Shown: piece by piece, positions 18,801-25,922 of the stretch
Layout of the letters: each line of letters opens with the position of its first letter
Numbering within the stretch: position 1 is the stretch's first letter
Source: Bdellovibrionales bacterium
GTDB lineage: Bacteria; Bdellovibrionota; Bdellovibrionia; Bdellovibrionales; UBA1609
Length of the DNA stretch: 32,000 nt
Direction of reading: 5' to 3'
NCBI GenBank assembly: GCA_965247685.1
Contig: OZ252021.1
Location: 30,001-62,000, forward strand
Position numbers and translations under genes: made by a program
Notes under the pieces: generated by a model
What the model saw: the letters and a program-made list of their open reading frames with translations, nothing else
The model's database searches: none
Told to the model about the DNA's origin: nothing

Positions 18801-19439
18801 ATGATGAAAAAAGATCATACTTTTATTGTGGGTGATGTGCATGGATGTTTTGATGAGCTCATGCTCTTGTTAAAGAAGGCACAATACCACCCCAGCCAAC
18901 ATCGTCTGATTCTTGTTGGAGATCTAGTAAATAAAGGAAAGAAGTCTTTTCAGACATTAAAATGGGCAAGAAAAAATCGTATAGAATCCGTATTAGGAAA
19001 TCATGAACTAAAATTTATTCACGGGGTTGAAAATAATCTTCCTCTCGCACCTGCCTTATCTAAGCTCAAACTAGACATGGGAGAACAACTCAGGGATTGG
19101 TTGAAGTATATTAAAGGATGGCCTCTTTTTATTGAAGAGGAGGATTTTATTGTAGTCCATGCGGGGCTTGTTCCTGGAGAACATCCAAGGGAGTCTCAGA
19201 GGGAGAGTTTAGTTAATATTCGACATTGGGATATTCAAAAACAGTCCTTATGTGATGAAGGTCGCCCTTGGCATGAATATTACACAGCTGATAAGTTAGT
19301 CGTTTACGGACACTGGGCACGACAAGGTGTTTTAAAAAAACACAATTCCATTGGACTAGACTCAGGTTGTGTTTACGGAAGAAGTCTTACAGGACTATTT
19401 TTGCCCAGTCGCACATTAATTTCAGTAGACTCTGTTTGA
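18801..19439 (+). CDS. ApaH-like metallophosphoesterase (symmetrical bis(5'-nucleosyl)-tetraphosphatase / PPP-family phosphatase)
   Basis: 212 aa. It contains GDVHGC..., ...GDLVNKG... and ...GNHE..., the PPP-family metal-binding motifs, and resembles the ApaH N-terminus. It is shorter than E. coli ApaH. AAGAGG SD lies upstream. Confidence 0.8.
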   Translation: MMKKDHTFIVGDVHGCFDELMLLLKKAQYHPSQHRLILVGDLVNKGKKSFQTLKWARKNRIESVLGNHELKFIHGVENNLPLAPALSKLKLDMGEQLRDWLKYIKGWPLFIEEEDFIVVHAGLVPGEHPRESQRESLVNIRHWDIQKQSLCDEGRPWHEYYTADKLVVYGHWARQGVLKKHNSIGLDSGCVYGRSLTGLFLPSRTLISVDSV

Positions 19440-19494
19440 GAAATTCATATTTTTAATTTTAGTTTGTGTTAGAATGTGTCGACAGGGGTGTGTT

Positions 19495-20610
19495 ATGTTT
19501 AGACTTTACGTAACTTGTTTTCTCATTTTTGTTGGTGTTTTTGCTTCATCTAAGCCTTCAGACACCATTATGCAGAAGATCACTAAAAGTATTCACGAAG
19601 AAGACCTTTCAGCTTTACAAACTCTTTTTTCTCAAACATCTGTTAATGTCAAAGATGAGCAAACATTAAAGACACCGCTCCATTACGCCGTCATTAGTGA
19701 AAAAATTAAGATTGTAGAGTGGCTTTTGAAAAATAAAGCAATTGTGGATGCTCAAACTCGAACTCAAAAAACGCCTCTTCATTTAGCCGCTTTTAAACTC
19801 AATTATGATATTGTAAAATTATTACTCGATTATAAAGCTCAAGTCGATATTGCAGATAATAGGAAGTTTACAGCTCTTCATTATGCTTCACAAAGAAACA
19901 TTCTTAATTCCAATACGAACCCTTTAGAAGTATTAAAAATTGCAAAATTACTCGTTCAAAAGAACAAAAAAATATTAACTAAGAAGAATAGATTAGATGA
20001 AACACCTTTGCACATTGCAAGTTTTAGTGGTTATGACCTCTTAGTCTCATTCTTTTTAAAAACAGACGCTTCTCTTATTAAAGAAAAAAATAAGAATGGC
20101 CACACAGCCCTGCACCAAGCTGTTTTTGGACGGATGCAGTTTCGAAAGATTAGAAATTTGAAGAAAAGTTATCAAAAGATCATCATTGATCTGGCTCAAC
20201 ATAAATCTATTTTAAATATTCGAGATAATGGCGGAAGAACTGCTTTGCACCATGTGGCTGAAAAGGGTTTTCTTAAAATAACTCAGTCTTTACTATCTGC
20301 TAAGGCCAATCCGAATGTGCAGGATAATGATGGATGGACTCCTTTGTTTTTTGCCAGCGCAAACGCTCATGTTCCTTTAATGCAGTTACTCGTTCAAAAT
20401 GGAGCAGATGTGAACATTAAGAATAAAAAAGATATGACGGCTCTTTATTTTGCTGTGGGCTCTGGTGAGAAAAAGGCTGTGGCGTTGTTGCTTCAATCAA
20501 AGTCAACAGTATTTTTAAAAGATGCTACAGGCCGTTCTTTTTTTGACGAAGATGCCAGTAGGAAATTAAAAGGTTTACTCAATCAATTTTACGAAAAAAA
20601 GTCCAAATAA
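19495..20610 (+). CDS. ankyrin-repeat protein with N-terminal signal peptide
   Basis: The ORF track start is 19474. The ATG at 19495 gives MFRLYVTCFLIFVGVFASS, a signal peptide. There are at least 7 ankyrin-type repeats (...TPLHYAV..., TPLHLAA..., TALHYAS..., TPLHIAS..., TALHQAV..., TALHHVA..., WTPLFFAS..., TALYFAV...), each with a G.D.N-type turn. Confidence 0.85.
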   Translation: MFRLYVTCFLIFVGVFASSKPSDTIMQKITKSIHEEDLSALQTLFSQTSVNVKDEQTLKTPLHYAVISEKIKIVEWLLKNKAIVDAQTRTQKTPLHLAAFKLNYDIVKLLLDYKAQVDIADNRKFTALHYASQRNILNSNTNPLEVLKIAKLLVQKNKKILTKKNRLDETPLHIASFSGYDLLVSFFLKTDASLIKEKNKNGHTALHQAVFGRMQFRKIRNLKKSYQKIIIDLAQHKSILNIRDNGGRTALHHVAEKGFLKITQSLLSAKANPNVQDNDGWTPLFFASANAHVPLMQLLVQNGADVNIKNKKDMTALYFAVGSGEKKAVALLLQSKSTVFLKDATGRSFFDEDASRKLKGLLNQFYEKKSK

Positions 20611-20693
20611 ATATTTTTACACTCTCTAGCGTGTCAAAGATAGAAAACTCAACCATATTAGAATGGAAGGGTGTAAAGCACCTACCATTCTGT

Positions 20694-20892
20694 ACATAAA
20701 TCTATTTTAAATATTCGAGAGAAGAACTGCCTTGCACTATAAGGGTTTTCTTAAAATAACTCAGTCTTTCTGCTAAGGTTAATGCGAATGTGCAGGATAA
20801 TATGATGGATGGACTCCTTCGTTTTTTGCCAGCGCAAACGCGCTCATATTCGCAGTTACTCGTTCAGAATGGAGCAGAGATGTGAACATCAA
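20694..20892 (+). pseudogene. decayed partial duplicate of the 3' part of the adjacent ankyrin gene (source segment about 20199..20418)
   Basis: By-eye alignment shows blocks of 17-38 nt that are identical or differ at 1-3 positions. For example, acataaatctattttaaatattcgaga is 27/27 identical and aagggttttcttaaaataactcagtcttt is 29/29 identical. The blocks are interrupted by about 8 short indels that destroy the reading frame. Confidence 0.75.
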
Positions 20893-20939
20893 AAGGCGCA
20901 CATGTTTTCTACACTGCTTTTCATCATATCCGTCTACGT

Positions 20940-23900
20940 CTACTGTTGCCTTTTGGTTTCGAAAGCTCTTTGGGCTTCACACCTTGTGTCTCCGTCATTA
21001 GGCGCACATGTTGTACACGTTCCGTTTACTGCCTTTTGATTCCAAGGACATTGACAAGTAGTTCTATTCAGTCTTCTTAGTCTTCCTCCTCTACAATTAT
21101 CTGCGCATTGCGCATGACCACTAGGATACGCTATGCTCTGGTTTGAAGGACATTCACACCTATTCCCGATCCTTTCTTGTCCTCCAGCACATCTAGCTAC
21201 ACAGTTACCATCGATCCTTTCTTGTCCTCCAGTACATCTAGCTACACACCTGTTATTCACTACTATCTGCCCTGAACCACATCTGCAAGTATAAGTACAA
21301 TTCCTGTTTTCAGCTTTCCATGTATCACATTCTTGTTGAAGAGTAGGACTAGCGTAAGGGCACTGAGCCTCTATGTTTGTACTTCTATAACGAACTCCAC
21401 ATACAGAATTGCTTGGTTCATTGCCAATCCGTCTACAGTTGACCCAACAAAACTGTGTATTTCTGGATGTACAAGAACCACAATTAAAGTCTGGATAATC
21501 ATCGTCGGGCTTTCTGCCGAAGATATTAGTACCAGGACATATGGTGCATTGTGATGGCTCTGTAGGAAGACCATCAAATATAAGACTTCCACCAGGAGTA
21601 ATAGTGCCTGGTGTTCGAACAATAGAGGTAGTCACTTCACAATTACTCGAATTACTAATGAAGTTCGTATAATTAACACTGGTACCAGGTACTTCGTCGT
21701 CATCACAAAGATCGTCGTCTCCAATATCTGGCAGATCAACAAAGACATTCTCTCTTAACGAATAAAGACTCGTAGAAATGAAAGAAGCTTTTTCATCCCA
21801 ATCCCATCGAGCATCATTTTCGGTTCTAGTCACTCCAATCTCACCTGTGACATGTAGATTTCCATTTCTGTATTTATACACTAGACTTGCTTTAGGATTG
21901 AGCTGCCCTATACTCCAACAGCGACTGTCTGAGGCACTATCAAAGCTGTACTGATATTTATCTGCTCCTGAGTCTACCGCCTGTCCACTGATAGGATCAT
22001 ACTCTTGGTTAAGTCTAATTGCGTTAACTGCATTAATACATTCTTGTTTAACAGTAGCCGCACCTTTGTTAATTAAAGTTTGAAGTGCAATTTTACGATC
22101 ATTTAAGTTTACTGCATCTTGAGACGCTCGTCTGACACTATCTGTGTGAGTAGAACAATGTTTATTTTCAAAAGCATCATGGGCTTTTAATTCGTTCACC
22201 TTATTAATAAACAGGTTTCTATTGGCTATTGCATCGTTAGTTTTTGTGAGAAGTTGTTGATAGTAATTAAAAGCTCCGCCACAAAGCTCCATATTCTTAT
22301 GGCAAATATTTCTATTTTTTCGAACCGCTTGAGTGATTTTTTTAGAATGTTTTATACCATTCAATATCAAAGCATTGCTATCAGTGGTGCTATTATAAGC
22401 TTTAACAATACACTGTCCTTTTGCACGACGCAGTTTTTCAGCTTTCCAAAGATCACAAAACTTACCTTCATTTTGTACATGATAAGATCCAGAATTATAA
22501 AACTTGAGTATGACATCAATGGAACGCATACCTTTTGCAAAACTACCCAAGTTGTATTCAGTCAACGTTTCTAAACTAGAAGTGTCCGCTTCTCCAACAT
22601 CAAAAGCGATATTATCTTTAAGTTTGTTCAACGTTTCACCACCATCCGTTTTAGAAGCAGAGCAACTGCTAGGCCAATCTTGTTCAGTTCCTCGAAGAAT
22701 TAAACTTTGATGAGTCCACAAATCTGTATTTTCTACGTTAGAAACACAAATTTTAGTCAATTTTTCATGAATGCTGTTATCACTTTTAAAAAGCGCTCTC
22801 ATCTCTTCAGCATCCATTATATGGCCAGCCTTATCTATAACACCGGATGCCGTTCCACCCGTTAAGAAAAGAGCACTAGAACTCACAGCATTCATTTGTT
22901 GATATCTGGATTGATGATTAGCCGCAAAGTTGAAAATAGAATCTGTGGCTCTCATATTTGTACCAAAAATACCCTGCCAATCTGGCACCCAATTCCAACT
23001 TTGATGATATTGCCTAGATGATGTATCGGGATTAGGCTTCAAACCAATCCATGCCGAAGCAGGAGTCTCAAGCAAACTGCCGTCAATTATAATGTGATAA
23101 TCTGAGTTTTGAGATATTGTAAAGTCAGATTGAGACGTATCTGCAAATTTGAAACTCAATTGATTTCTGGAATTATGGAATGGAACACCATCTACAAACT
23201 TAAAAGGGTTGGGGAACGAATATCGAGGCGCATTCGGAGCTACAGTTTGAAGAGCTGCCGCCCAAAGTTCTCTTGAATCTGGAGGAATGAAAAACCAATT
23301 AGATCCTAAGTTTCTACACGCTTGATGTCCAGGAGTCAGACTGGTTCCTTTAGTTTGAGATAACTTAAAAATATCTTTGATTTTGGTTGCACCCACTTTA
23401 CGGCAAAGGTAAGGAAAAGATCGAGATGTACTCGAACCAACTCCTCGAAGCCCTCTATATTGCAGATGATGAGTCAGTAAAAGAGCTTGCATGTTCGCAC
23501 TAGCCCCAGCAGTACTAATACCACTAGTTTCATCATTATTGTTGCCACCGGCATTGCGATCGGCATGAAAGTTCGAATCCGTTTTAATATAAATAGGACG
23601 AGCTGGTCTCATGCGGGATTGTATATCTCTTATTGTAACACCTGAAGGAAGTGATGCTGTAGACAAGTCAGTATATTTAATCCCTTCAAAAGGCTCTCTA
23701 TAGAAGAACGCCCAATCTCCACCTTTCATCATAGACGGCCAACCTTCGTGAAACATTCCAGAAGCATCCCTTTGAATATTCACCCAAACATGATTTTCAC
23801 TGGAAGACTCATCAAAAGAATCACCAAAGTTAGTCGCCATGTTCACACTATTTTTAAACTTGATCACTTCCACATTATTTTCCGTCTCAACAGTCAACCC

Positions 23901-25907
23901 TGCATCTTCAAGAGTTTTTCTTACAGAAGCATCCGTTGCATCAATGCTTTCTGGAGGCAGATTGTAAGCAATAGCTAAACTCGGCAACAACCCGTTTGTC
24001 CATACACCTTCCTGAGAAGGAGATCCTAATTTTTGAACTTCCGATAAAGGAGCTAAACAATTCAGTTGAGCATCCAAGCCAGAAGCTCCACCCGTTACAA
24101 TTTTAGATTTTCCATTCACAAAGCAAAGTGTTTTTTTACTTCCTGCTGTATATTCAAAATCTACACTCCTGTAGTCCGTTCCAACATCACTATTACCACA
24201 AAGAACAGGCTTAAATTCTGTAGGAGACATTCTCTTAACACATCTTCTGCTCTGGTAAATATAATAGCTACCAACCAAGGTAAAACTGTTTGTATTTTGC
24301 TCATAATCTTTATGTATAACACACTCTGGAACACTTCCATCTAAAGGTTCATCTGGAAGAGTCGCCACCTTACCAAAAGTTCCCACACCATAACGATGGC
24401 AGTTCTTCATATGACAAACTGTACATTGCATCTTCACATTATAAGGAGAGCTTCCAAAATTAATATTTTTAGAGCACTTTTTAGATCCTTTACTTGTAAT
24501 ATCATTGTATTCGACACTAATGGATGGAGAATAATAATTAGGCTGTTCACAAATGTTCTTGCATATATTTTGACTGCCATTTTTCACAGAAACATAAGAA
24601 GTCACCTCTGTTCCACCTGCTTGCAAATGCCAAAAATTGTGGTTTTTATCAAAAGTTTTTAGTCCTATTCTATCTCTTCCCACACGGCTACTCCCACTCC
24701 CATCACCATGCAAAGCTGCAACAGTCCAAGGGCCGATTCTAAAATCTAAACTATCGATATTGGTCGATTTCAAAAAGGTGTCAAGGTAAAGACCGTAAGT
24801 CATTCGAATAGAAGAATCAAAAAATTCATCATCATCAAATCGCTTCGAATCATTGGCACAACGGAAAACATTTAAGGAACAGCTCGCCGCCACATTTTGA
24901 ATTGTGTCACTTCCAAGAACCACATTCTTAGGATTTCCTGTGTTTTCTATTTGGCCTGCTTGCAAAATATTCTTACTCACATAATCCACAGATAAAGCAC
25001 TACAAATACCCGGCCCTTTAATATTTGAATGATAACAAATCTTTCCTTCCGAAGTTGAAGAACCTAAAGAACTCGTCGATAAACGAGCCAGCATATAATT
25101 TTGCGTAGATAAACTGCAGGCTCCAGGTCCACCATCACAAATATGACACTCTAAAACTTCTGAAGATAAAACAAGTTTTTCACTTTTAGAAACTGCGTAA
25201 GTGCTTTCTTGGCTGGAATCAGTTGTAATCTTGTTAGGCATAGAAATAACAGACTTCAGTTTATAAACCAAAAAACCCACTGGCACAGTGTCTGAGTTAG
25301 CTTGTTCGATTTCAGTAAAGGCAGGCATCTGTGTTGGAATCATTGTTAAACGAGCATATATATATCCCCCCGCTGATCGAGAAGCCTTCAAACATTTATT
25401 AAAATGATTTTCAGTAAAATCTCCAAAAAATCCATTCGAACCATTGGCACAATCACCTGAGCTTATCTGCCATTCTTTATTGCCAATGACTTTTAAAAAA
25501 TAGTTCCATCTTGTATCAGTAAAACCTAAAGAACTTCCGTCCAGAATTTTGCTTTTCTTTATCTCTATAGGGCAGGTAAACTCACCTTTAATATCATTAT
25601 AATTCAGTGCTGTTCCGACTAGACCGCATATTCCATACTTTTTAAAATCTTGAACCGTTCCCACACTTGAACTATCCACTTCCACTTGTATACCAATGAG
25701 CATCGATCTCATAGTCTCAAGCAGAGATTTGTGCTTGAACAAAACGTCGGATTGTTCACTATATTGAACTTGTGCCTGCTCAAAGTTACCCATATAGGTG
25801 GCAAGACCCACTGTAGATAAACCGAGTAAGGAAAATCCAAGAAGCGATCCCAATAAAGAAAAACCCTTATTCTTACTCAACATCTTAATTATTTTAGATC
25901 TAACCAT
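20940..25907 (-). CDS. giant (1655 aa) exported protein of unknown function: pseudopilin-like N-terminus, large unassigned body, Cys-rich repeat tail
   Basis: Uninterrupted 4.97-kb ORF. AGGAAG SD lies 5-6 nt before the ATG at 25907, which is 15 nt after the upstream gene's stop. The N-terminus is MVRSKIIKMLSKNKG/FSLLGSLLGFSLLGLSTVGLATYM. The last 203 aa contain 25 Cys. I recognise no catalytic motifs. Confidence 0.8.
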   Translation of the reverse strand: MVRSKIIKMLSKNKGFSLLGSLLGFSLLGLSTVGLATYMGNFEQAQVQYSEQSDVLFKHKSLLETMRSMLIGIQVEVDSSSVGTVQDFKKYGICGLVGTALNYNDIKGEFTCPIEIKKSKILDGSSLGFTDTRWNYFLKVIGNKEWQISSGDCANGSNGFFGDFTENHFNKCLKASRSAGGYIYARLTMIPTQMPAFTEIEQANSDTVPVGFLVYKLKSVISMPNKITTDSSQESTYAVSKSEKLVLSSEVLECHICDGGPGACSLSTQNYMLARLSTSSLGSSTSEGKICYHSNIKGPGICSALSVDYVSKNILQAGQIENTGNPKNVVLGSDTIQNVAASCSLNVFRCANDSKRFDDDEFFDSSIRMTYGLYLDTFLKSTNIDSLDFRIGPWTVAALHGDGSGSSRVGRDRIGLKTFDKNHNFWHLQAGGTEVTSYVSVKNGSQNICKNICEQPNYYSPSISVEYNDITSKGSKKCSKNINFGSSPYNVKMQCTVCHMKNCHRYGVGTFGKVATLPDEPLDGSVPECVIHKDYEQNTNSFTLVGSYYIYQSRRCVKRMSPTEFKPVLCGNSDVGTDYRSVDFEYTAGSKKTLCFVNGKSKIVTGGASGLDAQLNCLAPLSEVQKLGSPSQEGVWTNGLLPSLAIAYNLPPESIDATDASVRKTLEDAGLTVETENNVEVIKFKNSVNMATNFGDSFDESSSENHVWVNIQRDASGMFHEGWPSMMKGGDWAFFYREPFEGIKYTDLSTASLPSGVTIRDIQSRMRPARPIYIKTDSNFHADRNAGGNNNDETSGISTAGASANMQALLLTHHLQYRGLRGVGSSTSRSFPYLCRKVGATKIKDIFKLSQTKGTSLTPGHQACRNLGSNWFFIPPDSRELWAAALQTVAPNAPRYSFPNPFKFVDGVPFHNSRNQLSFKFADTSQSDFTISQNSDYHIIIDGSLLETPASAWIGLKPNPDTSSRQYHQSWNWVPDWQGIFGTNMRATDSIFNFAANHQSRYQQMNAVSSSALFLTGGTASGVIDKAGHIMDAEEMRALFKSDNSIHEKLTKICVSNVENTDLWTHQSLILRGTEQDWPSSCSASKTDGGETLNKLKDNIAFDVGEADTSSLETLTEYNLGSFAKGMRSIDVILKFYNSGSYHVQNEGKFCDLWKAEKLRRAKGQCIVKAYNSTTDSNALILNGIKHSKKITQAVRKNRNICHKNMELCGGAFNYYQQLLTKTNDAIANRNLFINKVNELKAHDAFENKHCSTHTDSVRRASQDAVNLNDRKIALQTLINKGAATVKQECINAVNAIRLNQEYDPISGQAVDSGADKYQYSFDSASDSRCWSIGQLNPKASLVYKYRNGNLHVTGEIGVTRTENDARWDWDEKASFISTSLYSLRENVFVDLPDIGDDDLCDDDEVPGTSVNYTNFISNSSNCEVTTSIVRTPGTITPGGSLIFDGLPTEPSQCTICPGTNIFGRKPDDDYPDFNCGSCTSRNTQFCWVNCRRIGNEPSNSVCGVRYRSTNIEAQCPYASPTLQQECDTWKAENRNCTYTCRCGSGQIVVNNRCVARCTGGQERIDGNCVARCAGGQERIGNRCECPSNQSIAYPSGHAQCADNCRGGRLRRLNRTTCQCPWNQKAVNGTCTTCAPNDGDTRCEAQRAFETKRQQ
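21168..21257. repeat. in-frame 45-bp tandem duplication inside the giant gene (encodes NNRCVARCTGGQERI / DGNCVARCAGGQERI)
   Basis: The first 36 nt of units 21168..21212 and 21213..21257 differ at a single position (c/t). The last 9 nt of each unit have diverged. Confidence 0.9.
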
Positions 25908-25922
25908 TGCATCTTCCTATTT

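Noticed and set aside
20660-20691. A 7-bp perfect inverted repeat, agaatgg (18 nt) ccattct, downstream of the ankyrin gene. It could be a terminator.
   Set aside because: The loop is long and no T-run follows. The stem is short and lies 50 nt past the stop. This is not enough to call a rho-independent terminator.
20809-21039. A 76-aa plus-strand ORF between the ankyrin gene and the giant gene.
   Set aside because: It starts inside the frame-shifted ankyrin pseudogene fragment and runs antisense into the 3' end of the giant gene. No SD is present, and the translation has no ankyrin or other motif.
21333-24662. Numerous 68-106-aa plus-strand ORFs (for example 21333..21554, 22254..22574, 24066..24344, 24396..24662), along with an alternative-frame minus-strand ORF (21371..21622), all lying inside the giant gene.
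   Set aside because: They are fully nested within one uninterrupted 4.97-kb ORF, mostly antisense to it. Their translations are low-complexity (rich in I/F/L/S/R) with no motifs, and no SD precedes them. They are typical shadow ORFs.
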